Of a stretch of 64,000 nt of DNA, positions 1-12,812 are shown one piece after another. Numbering within the stretch: the stretch's first letter is position 1; the number at the start of each line of letters is the position of its first letter. Made by a program: the position numbers and the translations under genes. Source of the DNA: Octopus vulgaris (taxonomy: Eukaryota); contig OX597817.1 of NCBI GenBank assembly GCA_951406725.2, positions 80,042,001 to 80,106,000 of the forward strand, in the 5' to 3' direction. The notes under the pieces are model-generated. The model had not been told where the DNA came from, ran no database searches, and was given only the letters and a program-made list of their open reading frames with translations.

Positions 1-59
1 GTTGACTTACCCCTCCCCTAAATTTCAGGCCTTTCGTCTATGACAGAAAGAATTATTAT

Positions 60-600
60 TCTTTTCTTCTCTAGGCACAAGGCCAGAAATTTGGGGGAGG
101 GAGCCAGTCAATTAGATCAATGCCAGTATGCAACTGGTACTTAATTTATCAACCCCGAAAGGATGAAAGGCAAAGTCGAACTCAGAACTCAGAACGTAAA
201 GACAAAAGAAATTCCGCTAAGCATTTCACCTGCTGTGCTAACATTTCTTTGCTCACCAGACAAAATACTCAGCAGTATTTTATCTGTCTTTATGTTCTAA
301 ATTCAAATACTGCCATGGTCAACTTAGTCTTTTATTTTTCAGAGTTGACTAAACAGTACCAGTGGAACATGGGGTCAATATAATTGACTAGCCCCCTTCC
401 CCCCAAATTGCTGGTCTTATGGCAAAATTCGAAACTATCATCATCATCATCATTATTATTAATATTAAAAGCAACGAGCTGACAGAGTTGTTAGCACGCA
501 GGACAAAATGCTTAAATAATACCAGTTACGCACTGGGGTCGATGGTAATCGACTTAATCCCTTCCCCCAAATTTGAGGCCTTGTGCTTCCAGAAGAAAGG
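60..600. mobile_element. Cluster of three decayed SINE family B fragments (minus ~60-255, plus ~255-415, plus ~470-600)
   Basis: Contain family B motifs AACTGGTACTTAATTTATC/GGATGAAAGGCAAAGTCG and GAGCTGACAGAGTTGTTAGCACG, matching the fuller copies at 6341-6561 and 59003-59230. Confidence 0.75.
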
Positions 601-653
601 ATTATTACTATTATTATTATTATTATTATTATTATTATGATTATTATTATAAT

Positions 654-1150
654 TGAGTGAGAGAGCAGTGCATGCCATCAAAGTGACACTGGGGTAAAAT
701 ACACAAAGCCCAGTATACCCATCATGACTACCCATCTGATAAGGGTACACTAGGCACATGCATCACAACCATATATGTGCAACATGGTGATCTCATATCA
801 AGATTAACAGCACATGACTTTGCAGGTGGGGCCCATTCAGAATTTTCTTCTGGTCGAGTAACCCATCCAACTCAAAAGGTCCCTGAATAAGGGTTGTTTA
901 AGGATGTTGAACGAAACATCCATGTTTACAGAGGTGAATTATTCAAACCCCAAAGAATTCCTCTCAACACATGGCTATGATGCTCCCCCACTACTTCTGC
1001 TCGTGATCAGAGATGTACATATCATCAGCCCCTAAGGGACATGCTCAACTGGATAAGGTAAAAAAACTGACAAGCAAATCAGTGGTATTGAGCAGAATAT
1101 TTGCTGTAGCCAATCTTTTATACCAAGACAAAACAATGTACATAACACTG
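654..1150 (-). mobile_element. ~500-bp interspersed repeat (family D), probably a retroelement 3' region embedded in (ATT)n
   Basis: Reverse-complement homolog of 19229-19795 over its whole length; flanked on both sides by (ATT)n (600-653, 1171-1240). Confidence 0.75.
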
Positions 1151-1183
1151 TTTTGTCCATTGTTTTGTCTTTATTATTATTAC

Positions 1184-1240
<57 letters not shown>

Positions 1241-2656
1241 CATCATCATCAGCAGCAGCAGCATCAGAGCTGCACTTTAATAAACTGAGTGTACTCTGGG
1301 ACTATGTCACTAATATAAATTGAAAGATACATTATTGAGACGTATTTGATTTGTGTGTGTGTGTGTGTACATATGTATATGTATATATGTATATTATATA
1401 TATATATATGTATATGCATATGTATGTATATATATATACATATATATAATATATGCATATACATTTTTACTTTTTTAATTCTTTGACACATTTTGTTTAT
1501 TTAACCATGATGGATTTGTCATTTTTGTATATTTAGTAAATTAATGAATTTTTTCTATATTTTGTTTTCTGTTTTTATTCCATGTTTTTTTTAATCTAAT
1601 TTATTTATTATTCTTTATATAATATAATTTGTTACTACCATTTTCTAATAGATTTGATATCAATTTTTTGCATTTTGTTTTCTAAGTTAATGATGGATGA
1701 TGATGTATTCATATAGTTTTTCTTTCCTCTTTTACTTATAATTGAATTCTTTCAGTAAAGAAAATGATTACTAACCAAGGAATAATGCTTCATCACTGGA
1801 ATCTAGATGAAAGCAATAGTAAAGACTTAAATTTTGAATTTCAGAAAAGTCTTGCATATTTTTACCATTCCACTTACAGGTTGCAATTAGCAAAATCCAA
1901 GGTACCTACTGAAATATCTATGTGCAAACACCAGCTTTTTGAAGTTATCCTTTAGGCGTTTAGTAACATAGACAAGCACCAAAATAATAATGGGTAGAAA
2001 ATGTGGAATTATAATGCAGGTAGGAAAATTGTTGGTTTCCAAGGAGTTACCCATGAATATTATTTTCCTGACCAGTTCTGATATGAATTTTACATTTATT
2101 TGATGACAGATATATTTTCCTATTTTAAACAACTATAGCAGACCTGTCATATATGCATTTGGTAAAATGTCTGATGTTCCACCAATTATGCTGAAACTTA
2201 AGTATATATATCCAACTTGGGTATTATTTTTTTTTATATCTATCCTGCAATTGGCTTTGCATACATTTTAGCAGCATAATGTTGCATTGAAAAGTTGTAC
2301 CTTTATGACATTTTTGGACAGCTTCTGATCACATATGTAATATTTTCTAGAGAAATGCTATATAATTGTCATTTTCAGTCATATCTTTGGAGGTTTGAGG
2401 ACTTCACACATTTTTATATTCAATATGTATTTTGTAGCTTTCTCCTGCAATTGGATCACAAAAGCATATTGCTTAAAATACGATATGATACAATGGTAAT
2501 AATTCCAAGGCAGGCTACACTTCCTATCAACATTCAAAATCTCTCCAATAGTGAAGTTTACTGGGTTTTTTTTTAACACTGTACATTTTTAAAGGGATCT
2601 TTCTGTGATGAAAAACTGCACCTCTTGGTATCCTAATAACATAAATACATTAAGTA

Positions 2657-2850
2657 TCATAATCATCATCATTTAACGTCCGCCTTCCTTGCTGGCATGG
2701 GTTGGACAGATTGACAAGAGCTGGCTAGGCAGAAGACTGCACTAAACTTTGCTCTCTGTTTTGGCATTCTGCAGAGTGGACTGAGCGCTTTTTACATGGC
2801 ACCAGCACAAGTGAGGTCAGTTTTGGCAAGGCTTTTTACAGTTGGATGCA
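2657..2850 (-). mobile_element. RTE-tail SINE/LINE 3' end (family E) with (GAT)n tail
   Basis: CATCATCATTTAACGTCC..GCATGGGTTGGAC motif shared with 6578, 16538 and 20808. Confidence 0.65.
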
Positions 2851-2990
2851 CTTTCAAGAAATCTGCATAAGGTAGAAGATGTCTTCAGAAAGGAAGTAGA
2901 TATCCTCCTCTCTACAATACCTGATGAACCAACTGCCTGACATGAGGTAAAAATGAGGGCAATGAAATCAAACTCCTTCATACGCCTATG
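2851..2990 (+). pseudogene. CR1/Zenon-like LINE ORF2 C-terminal relic
   Basis: Manual translation LSRNLHKVEDVFRKEVDILLSTIPDEPTA*HEVKMRAMKSNSF aligns with the ORF2 end at 55536-55802 (LRDLHGVDTDVFKMKLDLFLSGVPDEPTSQQEGQMRAAASNSL). Confidence 0.7.
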
Positions 2991-3794
2991 GGCCAACAAC
3001 TGGGACAACTCATCGTTGTGACACCAATCTCTCCATCACTCCTCTAACTACAGCACTATTTTCTCAGCTGCCATGGCTGTATGGCAGCTAATCTGTACAT
3101 ATTCCAGCCCCACTTCAGTGCTACCAAGTAGTCCATCGCCTTGGAACCACCCTCCTTACTACTCATCTTGCATTCGCAGAATCATTCTTTGCCATTATAT
3201 TTAACTTGAATGCTCCTTTTCCATGAACATGTTCTCATATTTGTCAGTGATGCCCCATCCTTTATTGTAATCCCACATGCCTCTGATCTCCATCTCAGTC
3301 ACTGTGTCTTTTTTCTCCCTACAACAATTCACCTTATCTCTCTATATTATTCCTCACCTGTCTACAGTTATATTATACTGTTGTTCCCCAGCCCATCTTT
3401 ATGTATTAGCTCATATTACCACCTTCTCCTGCTCCTCTTTGAACCACTCCTATTTTCCTTATACTTCTCCCAACTGAGATTCACCATCCATATTCATAAC
3501 TCACTGTATCTAATTCTATCCCCATCCCTACTGTTTGTCACTCTCTTTTCACATCCTCACGAACCTACCTACTCACCCAGCCATCCCCAATTCTCTGCCC
3601 ATTCTCACTCCTTATTTACCTTCTTGTAACTTGAGGGTATGTTCTAATACCTCATTTTCACCATCTTTCTACTTTTCCTGCTGGAGTAGCCATGTTCCCA
3701 CTCGACAGCAAAACATCTGTTCCTGTCCTCTATAATACTTTAGCCTCTCAACAGAAGGATAAAGCCACAACCTTCAATTCTGCACTCCCACTCC

Positions 3795-4262
3795 ATCAAG
3801 AGGTTTTGTCTTGCACATTGCATGATGACATCACTAGTCCTGGTGCCACAAAAGAAAAACAAAAAAACATTCAGTATACTTTCTTAAGGGTTTGGCATTA
3901 CAAGTAGCATCCAACCAAAGAAAACTTACTAAAGTAAACATTGGTATCTAATGTAGCCCTTTCGCTAATTGGATTCTGTTGAACTATCCAATCAAATGCC
4001 ATCATGAAATAACGACATTAAATAATGATGATAATAATGATGATGATGACAGCAACAATGACAACTTTCACATCATAAGGTTGTTAAAATGCTTCATATT
4101 TACTGAGACCGATATGTATTTAGTGCCTCTATAATTAATGAGATATATAAAGAAACCCAGCTTCTCTTAACGTAAGATTATAAGTATATTTGGAAAATGT
4201 ATACATATTGTCCTACCCATGCTAGCATGGAAGGCAATTGTTAAATGATGATGACGATGATA
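3795..4262 (+). mobile_element. Decayed family E (RTE-tail) elements ending in (GAT)n (two 3' ends, ~4050 and ~4260)
   Basis: GCATCCAACC..GAAA internal motif and CCCATGCTAGCATGGAAGG..GTTAAATGATGATGA tail, the reverse complement of the 20808 copy. Confidence 0.55.
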
Positions 4263-4372
4263 ATATATCTGTATGAGTGTGTGAGTGCATGCACGTGTAG
4301 TTAGATAAATAGTTTAGCTTCTTTCCTTACACACACATATATATATATACATATATAAACATACATTTATAC

Positions 4373-4416
<44 letters not shown>

Positions 4417-4482
4417 ATATATGCATAAGAAATACACTGTGTATACACACATACATTTATATATATATGCACATATATAAAT

Positions 4483-4532
<50 letters not shown>

Positions 4533-6340
4533 ACATATGTATATATACATTAACACACACACATACATATATACATACATCATATAAATATGTATATATA
4601 TATATTATATAGATGCATGCACTTAATTTTATTAATGTTTTTCATATTCAATTTCCTCACATCGTTCACATCACCACCTGCACTGCATTCACTTTCTTAA
4701 TATTTCTTCCTGCATTTTAGTGAAAAATTATTATTATTATTTTTTGGCTGGATGGGAAGGAAGAGACATTTATTGACCCTAAATTTAATTGGAATTTTCC
4801 ACAAGTCCCAAGAGTTTCTGATATCAAGGATTCATTCCTATATAGCTGGTGGCAAATCTGTTAAAATGAACATGGTGTGATGAAGTCTGCTGGGTTGGTT
4901 AAAAGAGATGTTTAGTTCTGATGCTAGTATTCTCATCTGGTGGCTTTCTCTATGCTGTGAACCACTTTTATTTTTATAGCTAGTTTTATTTTTAGCTTGA
5001 TGATAAGGGATTTTGTTGTTGTTTCAGCTTTTCTTCGTTCCTGCATTAGTTTTGCCTCATTGTTTATCCTCAACTCAACATCGTCTTCTACTCAGACATT
5101 GGCTGTGCATACAGCGTACCTGATGCATACCACAGTAAATGACATACAGTAGATCTTTTAAGATATTTTAACCCATAGAAGATCTTAATATTTCCAAAGT
5201 CTTTGAATATTTTACTAAAGTTTTGTGAGACTAATAACCTGGTGCGGAACTCGATATATGTATAGTTCAGAACAGACTGTTAGATGAATATAGAGTGGTG
5301 ATAAGAAAATGGGATGACACAAGAAAAACGACGATTCAGTTATAAAGTTCATTAGCTAACAGCTGTTTCTGTGATAAGATGCAGTGGACTCATAGTTGAG
5401 TGCCTTAATAACATCCTATAGTTTCATCTGCAAAAGTCTTCTTCTTATGGCCACTTCTGATAACCTATGATAAAAGTAAGAGCTAACAAGTATGTCTGTG
5501 TTTCTCAGTTAACTATAAAAAAAGTAAAATCTCCTTGAAATTAAACCCTATCTTTTAAAATAATTAAAGACTCATTAGATAATAGAGTACTTGATATGTA
5601 TCTTTAGCAATACAGAGAAAATGGTCATGACCGCAGAAGTAATTGTTTGACAAAGATTTGTTATATATCATTTCTATTAAAAAATGTGATACTTATGGAA
5701 AGAGGAAACTGTTTATATACTATATTCAGAAAAACTATTTATATATGAGATTCAGAAAAACCTAAGCAAGGTTCACCAAAATGATTAGACTATGAAAATG
5801 ATTATATGATAACATTATTCTTTTTTTATTTGATATGTATTATTATGAGCATAGTACTGCAGTAGCCATTATTGTTATGATATGTATCATATACAATAAT
5901 GCAGCATTGTCATATACATTTACTTATATTATTGAGTTGTGTTTTTAAAATTGTTGAAGGATGGTTATAAATTTTATTAATAAACTGCATTTTCTCAGAA
6001 GAGCTTTGTTTATTTGTATCTAAGTATAAAAGTTATTTCCTGAAAACTGTCAACACTAAGGTTTGTATCAACTATAATCTTTAAATCTAATTGTATGAAA
6101 ATATTGATTAGCTCTTTCCTAGAACTACACATTTCATGCCAGGTCATAATACATGAAGTAATTAAACCATCATCACCATATAAACCACTTTGTGAAGATT
6201 AAACTTCTTAGAATTAAATGTAAAATATGACATTTAGATTAGTCATAAATTTCAGCTCCATCAGTGCTTCTTATAAAACCACCAAACACATTTTCACTAT
6301 TCTTTTCAAAATATCTTTGAAAATTTTATATATATATTCA

Positions 6341-6561
6341 TATTTCTATGTTGCCCAAAAGGGGCTAAACACAGAGGGGAAAAACAAGACATTAAGTCGA
6401 TTACATCGACCCCAGTGCGTAACTGGTACTTAATTTATCGACCCCCGAAAGGATGAAAGGCAAATTCGACCTCGGCAGAATTTAAACTCAGAACGTAATG
6501 GCAGACGAAATACCGCTAAGCATTTCGCCCGGCGTGCTAACGTTTCTGCCAGCTCGCCGCC
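6341..6561 (-). mobile_element. tRNA-derived SINE family B, near-full-length
   Basis: Minus strand starts GGCGGCGAGCTGGCAGAAACGTTAGC (A-box-like), has B-box-like GAGTTTAAATTC, then CCTTTCATCCTTTCGGGGGTCGATAAATTAAGTACCAG core. Confidence 0.85.
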
Positions 6562-6944
6562 TTAATGTATATATATATCATCATCATCATCATCATCATA
6601 ATTTAACGTCGATTTCCATGCTAGCATGGGTTGATATATATATTTATCACCAGACTGTGGCTATATTGGAGCCTCTCATTCAATAATTAATAATGAAGGA
6701 ACCTGAAGTTATTTTATCAACCTTTTTGCTTGTTTGTCAAACTATATACAGAACATAACCAATGACATTTCATTTTAAGCAATGTAAACACAAATTCAGA
6801 CCCAGGTACTAACAAAAATACATACATGCATGCACACATATGCACATATATATTTACACTTGTGTATGTGCATGTATGTGTTTGCATGCATATTTGTGTG
6901 CGTGTGTGTGTGTGTGTACATACAGATATATATATATATATATA

Positions 6945-7225
6945 TACTCTTTTCTTTACATGTTTAAGTCATTTGACTGCAGCCATGCTGGAGCACTGTC
7001 TGTATTTGAGCAAATCGACCCCAGGACTTATTCTTTGTAAACCTAGTACTTATTCTATTGGTCTCTTTTGCCGAATCGCTAAGTTACAGGGATGTAAACA
7101 CACCAGCATCAGTTATCCAGTGATGTTGGGGGGATAAACACAGACACAACTACTTATATACACACACATGCATATATATATGTATATATATATATACCAA
7201 CTTTCTCACCTATATATATATTTTT

Positions 7226-7258
<33 letters not shown>

Positions 7259-7322
7259 CGACGGGCTTCTTTCAGTTTCCATCTACCAAATCCACTCACA
7301 AGGATTTGGTCGGTCTGAGGCC
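6945..7322 (-). mobile_element. SINE family A, 5'-truncated, with internal (TA)n
   Basis: GTCATTTGACTGCAGCCATGCTGGAGCAC 3' end and GACGGGCTTCTTTCAGTTTCC central motif. Confidence 0.85.
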
Positions 7323-7629
7323 ATCAGGAGAGAATGCACATCATTTGGGGGCCTTCCAGCCTCCATCACTTATGTATGTATGCATGTATGTATGTATGTA
7401 TGTATGTATGTATGTATGTATGTATGTATGTATGTATGTATGTATGTATGTATGTATGTATGCATGTACGTACGTATACATGTCTGTTTATGTATGTGTC
7501 TGTGTATGCATGCATTCAAACAAGGTACTCCATACTGCCAATTAAAACAAATGTGGCAGTTATAATTCATATGTCCTTTATTTCAATTAATTAGATATGC
7601 AAATGAATGAATGAATAAATAAATTACTA

Positions 7630-7760
7630 AACTAGAAAAGCACTCAGAGAGCGCAGACCTCCGCCAACCAGCTCATTTCCACCCATATACACGCATGCTG
7701 AAAATCACCCAATTTCCCAAACGAACGTCGGCAAAAACATAACCTCCTTGACGGGGGTTA
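7630..7760. mobile_element. Minimal non-autonomous Helentron-associated-type element (HINE-like)
   Basis: Starts AACTAGAAAAGCACTCAGAGAGCGCAGACCTCCGCCA and ends AACATAACCTCCTTGACGGGGGTT; subterminal inverted repeat plus terminal hairpin in A/T runs. Confidence 0.55.
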
Positions 7761-7794
7761 AAAAAATACAGGCATATGATTTTAAGAAAAAAAA

Positions 7795-8015
7795 CCCTTT
7801 TGTTACTGTATTTATTTTGGGATGCTCTGTGTTTCTTTGAATTACTTTTAAATATAACAAAGAATTTAGTAAAATAACTTAGTTATCATTCAGCTAGTGT
7901 AAGGAACATAAATTGTGACTAAGGTTTGGTGGAAGATTTTAATTCAAAACTTATGAAAACAAGACATTTGTACTCTGAGCCAGAGCCGGTTTCAGCCGGG
8001 TTGGTATCGAAAGGG
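7795..8015. mobile_element. piggyBac-type MITE
   Basis: Imperfect TIR CCCTTTTGTTAC / GTATCGAAAGGG; TTAA on the right flank (8016-8019), left site degraded to AAAA. Confidence 0.6.
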
Positions 8016-8429
8016 TTAAAAACAGGAATCATCTGAAGCAGTTCACAACCACCAACATCATCAACAGCATTGTCATTGCTTCCACTTGAACCACATACAC
8101 CGCTATCAATGTTATCATGACGGTTACCTTGACAGTCACTTTCACCACCACAACCAGTACAACCACTGCAATACCACCATCAAACAACTAACACTATCAT
8201 CAACACCACTATTACCACCATCACCTCAACATCACGCATCACACCACACCTGTCGCCATTATAACCACCGATACTATATTATCCTCCTACCATACTTATC
8301 TCGACCATCGTCATCATCAACACTATCTCTAAACAGCAACGCCACCATAGGTTACGTGGAAACGATGTTTTTTTTTAAAAGGAGATAATCAAAGAACGTA
8401 ACATAATACTTCATGTAAAGTAAATATAA

Positions 8430-8633
8430 CAAATGAAAAATCATTCAAGAATCCATAAAAATTCTCGAATCACTACTAGAATTTCATCATCTGATCCTTC
8501 TGTCATTACCAACGTTTCCTGCAAGTTTCACTAAATACCGTTCACAACTTTTTGAGTTATTTTGCACATAGACGGACAGGCGGACAAACCAACACCAATG
8601 AAAACATAACCTCCTTCCTTGGCGGAGGTAATA
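8430..8633. mobile_element. HINE-like element end
   Basis: AAGTTTCA..ACAACTTTTTGAGTTAT, (GACA)-type microsatellite and terminal hairpin AACCTCC-TTCCTTGGC-GGAGGT; similar layout at 15125-15330. Confidence 0.55.
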
Positions 8634-8850
8634 AATTCATTAACTGGTTTGTCAAAGATCTCCCCTCACTGCTTGTTAAATTACTGATAATAATGTTCTT
8701 CTTGTATACTTTCTCCAAGTAAGTACACACTTTTGCTTGTGTTTGACATAAGTTTTATTCACAAGTTGCTGCATATCAGAACTGTTGTGAGACATAAACT
8801 AATGAAAAGCATGATTATTTTCAAATATCAGATCATATTGGTGTACTATG

Positions 8851-9165
8851 GTGCAGCTGTGCGATAAGAAGTTTGATTCACAACCATATGGTTCTGGGTT
8901 CAATCTCACTGTGTGGAGCCTTGGCAAATGTCTTGTACTAAAGCCTCAAGTTGAACAAAGCCTTCTGAGTGGATTTGTTTAACAGAAAGCCCATCTTATA
9001 TATATATATATATGTGTGTATGTGTAAGTGTGTCTTTGTGTTTGATAACCAGTGTTGGTGGGTTTACAGCCCCATAACTTCTCAGTTCAGCAAGAAACCA
9101 ATAGCATAAGTACAAGACTTAAACCAAAATAAGTACTGGGATCGATTCATTGAACTAAAAATTTT
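8851..9165 (+). mobile_element. Decayed SINE family A
   Basis: Diverged match to A head (GGTTCTGGGTTCAATCTCACTGTGTGG) and body; a family B fragment follows at ~9170-9320. Confidence 0.75.
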
Positions 9166-9984
9166 CCAGTTTTACATTCTGAGTTCAAATTCCACCAAAG
9201 TCAACTTAGTCCTTCATACTTTCAGGGTCAAAAGAACATTACCAGTTGTGCATTGGGTTTTTATACAATCAACTAAACTAATCCCCCAAAATTTCAGGCC
9301 TCGTGCTTACATCAGAAACGACTATTATAGCAAACATAATGGTTTAAGATTTTCTGTTGCCACACAGTATCCTTTGTGTGAGACACCAGAGAGTGCATCT
9401 TCTGAGCGCGCAGCTCTTTCCTATATTATAAGATAACTTTGCGATATAAAAAGGAGCGCAGTACTCTTTCTTATAAATCAAGATAACCACGCAAGGTTGT
9501 CTTATATGGTGGATCAAACAGTCTGAGGCTTTTTCTGTGGTGGTGGGGGGTTCTTCTGTTGTGGCATTCAGCATATCAGCGACAATGAAGTACCGCCACA
9601 GCTGTAACAAATATGATATGGACATCAGCAGTTGCAGTTCTCTGCAACCCAACACAGGACCCCTCCTTTGTTGCAATGCTGCATAATCAATTACTGTCAC
9701 GATCTTTCTTGATTACAAATAAGTGAAAACTTCTTATAACCACAGACGGTGAACCTTTGTGGTGCTCAGTACAAAACACATTGACGGCAACGAAAGATCT
9801 CCATTTTAATAGCTTCAGGTATGTGGAAGAAGTAGAATAAACGAGAACAGTTGTGATCCTCTTGGGCAATAATCGAAAGAATATGACGGTGAATACTAAC
9901 AACTGAAATAGGGTTCTTCTGAATAATCTTTAGAGATACGTTAACCTATTGAGTGCGTAGCCTGGACATCAGAGAAGTGTTCCA

Positions 9985-10172
9985 GATAGAGACTCTACTT
10001 CTCTGAATCGGGAGATCACAGATCCAACACTATGGAAATGTGGTAAGAATGTCTCAGGAAAGAATCGATGAACAGGTTTTATGGTCAAAAACAACCGGCA
10101 GGAATCCCAGGGGTAGACCATGAGCAATTTGTTTGGATAACATTCATGAACTTGGTTGATCGCGTTTGGGGT
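9985..10172 (+). pseudogene. RTE-clade (Expander/Rex3-like) LINE ORF2 C-terminal relic
   Basis: Manual translation IETLLL*IGRSQIQHYGNVVRMSQERIDEQVLWSKTTGRNPRGRP*..LG, resembling the RTE W.GH..RM and RPRGRP motifs. Confidence 0.7.
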
Positions 10173-10182
10173 TCCAGCAATT

Positions 10183-10897
10183 TGAGGGGAGGGGTAAGGC
10201 CATTACAAAGATTCCTGTGCTCGACTTGAAATCATTTATCAACCCGGAAAGGCTGAAAGGCAAAATCGGCCTCGGTGGAATTTGAACTAAAAACATGAAG
10301 ATGGGCAAAATGCCCAGCATGCTAACGGTTCCTCCAGCTCACTTGGATTTTGTGGGGAAGGAAATAGTCGATCACATTGACCCTAGTACCCAACTGGTAC
10401 TTAATTTATCGACCTGGAAAGGATGTAAGGCAAAGTCGACCTCAGCGGAATTTGAACTCAGAACGTAGCGGCAGATGAAATACTGCTAAGCATTTCACCT
10501 GGCGTGCTAATGATTTTTTTCTCCTCTAGACACAAAGCACGAGATTTTGGGGGAGGGGGGCCAGTCGATTAGATCAACCCCAATACGCAACTGGTACTTA
10601 ATTTATCGACCCTGAAAGGATGAAAGACAAAGTCGACCTCGGCGGAATTTGAACTCACAACATAACGGCAGACGAAATACCTATTTCTTTACTACCCACA
10701 AGGGGCTAAACACAGAGAGGACAAACAAGGACAGACAAACGGATTAAGTCGATTATATCGACCCCAGTGCGTAACTGGTACTTATATAATCGACCCCGAA
10801 AGGATGAAAGGTAAAGTCGATCTCGGCGGAATTTGAACTCAGAACGTAACGGCAGACGAAATGCCCGGCGTGCTAACGTTTCTGCCAGCTCGCCGCC
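10183..10897 (-). mobile_element. Head-to-tail array of four SINE family B copies
   Basis: GAAAGGATGAAAG..AAAGTCGACCTCGGCGGAATTTGAACTC-type core recurs near 10247, 10417, 10614 and 10798. Confidence 0.85.
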
Positions 10898-11084
10898 TTT
10901 ATATCACTGTTTTGTACTGGTAAACGAATAGGTATGCACACACACACACGCGCGCGCGCGCGCGTATGTAAATGCATACATTATATATTAAATATTTATC
11001 GTATGAATTTGTGTCCTGTTGTGTGCGTGCGCGTGTAGCGTTTATGTATGAAATTCATTCAAGAATATCTCGTCTATTCCAGAC

Positions 11085-11436
11085 ATTTCAATTTTCCATT
11101 TTGTGGATATATATATATATATATATATATGTTGTGTGTCAGTATATATGTGCGTACGTCCGCGAATTTTCTCATTTTTTTTTTCATATTAAATTCTGAT
11201 ATAATCGTAATCTACACCAGGATTTGCAGAAAATTCCATTAAAAATCTAACCATTTTTCTGGAAGTTATCAGGAAACAATGTCGGAGACACAATTGTATG
11301 GGTCTGCCGTTTTATGCACCTTTGAGTTCTTAAACACCCTCTGTTATGGTTGGTACCATAACATAGTTACAAGGTGTCCGGTATTTTTCCTGCACCCGTA
11401 TGAACTCTTAGCCAGGCAATTTCAGGACAGGTAACC
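11085..11436. repeat. ~350-bp direct repeat, second copy at ~12835-13164, partial inverted copy at ~12630-12760
   Basis: Shared blocks such as GGGTCTGCCGTTTTATGCAC and CCTGCACCCGTATGAACTCTTAGCCAGGCAATTTCAGGACAGGTAACCT. Confidence 0.8.
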
Positions 11437-12298
11437 TCTTCGGTTATCTGGCCATCTGAAAAACGCTATGAAAAATTACTGTGTTATAATTCCGCTACTT
11501 ATATAAATTAATGTTAAAAGTTCATAGTAAACACGTAAGCATGCCTACTCATACGCTCACATGTGCGCCCGTGAACCCACGTGCGTACATATGAGTCACT
11601 ATGAAAACGTACACATCTTCACTCGCATTTCTCGCCAAATGTATACGCATATATATATACAAACTCATACACACACACACGCATATTTAAAGGTTCATAC
11701 ATACGTCTATATATGCACAAGCACCAGAAAAAACATGGTTAAAGGTAAAAATACAGAAAAAATCAACAATACAGAAAAAAAACAAGGAAGTATACAAAGC
11801 ATACACACACACGCATACAAAAAAAGGATTATACATACGCCCCCCCCCCAAAAAACGAAAAAATTGTAAAAACGTCTATATATATATGTATTCTTATGCC
11901 CGCACACACGCACACATCTATATACATACATACCCGCCCACTCATACACATTTACACACGTGTACAAATGAATCTATATACACGTCTATATAGGCACAAG
12001 AAAAAATGCACGATGGAAGAGTAGAGAAAAAATTATTATGTGTAAAGATATAAAAATAAAAGGTATAATGCGATAAAAAACTTTTTGGGACATAATATAG
12101 AAAGCAAGTTCTATCTGTATTCTTGGGGGACCAAAAACGTAACAAAAATTTTGTCACATGTGAGCATGATCCGAAAAGTTCTGTCCTTGAGTTTAGACAT
12201 GTAGTAGGGTCTAAGCTGCTTTTCCAGATAAGCCATCTCTCCATGTCACATAGACTGCACTTTCCGCTGCCGTTGGTGTAGGGCTTACATTTGGCCAA
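11436..12298 (-). mobile_element. Penelope-like element 3' fragment (C-terminus of GIY-YIG region plus 3' tail)
   Basis: ORF 11942-12298: AKCKPYTNGSGKCSLCDMERWLIW..CLNSRTELFGSCSHVTKFLL resembles the PLE C-terminal PY..C.LC..E..LN.R.EL...C.H..KF pattern. Confidence 0.75.
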
Positions 12299-12760
12299 TG
12301 TGTAAATTTGTGTGTGCTACTGTGTGCGTGAGTGTGTAGCGTCTACGTGTGAAATTCATTCAAGAATTTCTTGTCTGGTCCAGACATCTCTATATTTCTT
12401 CATATTGTCATTATGACGTCATAATACCACTAAAGTTTTCTCTAAAGCTTTCGTTTAAAATATTTTTCAGTCTCTTTCAACCTTTCACGGTGATTAGAGG
12501 CTAGGGAATGTGTGTGCCGGGGGACGTATCCAAACACCTGAAGACTAGAGTGAAGTCAGAGTCATCTTCACCTTGTTTTTGGTGTTTGTGGGTATAATTT
12601 CAGCAGACCCTTACATGTGTGCCCGCCACACAATTGTTTCCTCAATAACTTTCAGGAAAAAAATGGATATCGTTTAAGGAAAATATTCTACAAATGCCTC
12701 TCAGATAGCGTACATTACCACTATATTGGAATTTAATGTAAGAAAAAAAATAGATGTCGC

Positions 12761-12812
<52 letters not shown>

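Noticed and set aside
1760-2620. Possible decayed Penelope ORF on the minus strand
   Set aside because: Only a weak KPPK-like motif among many stops; needs a translated HMM search.
12530-12590. CTGAAGA within a hairpin, possible hammerhead
   Set aside because: No correctly placed GAAA/NUH; TGAAGA simply pairs with TCTTCA.
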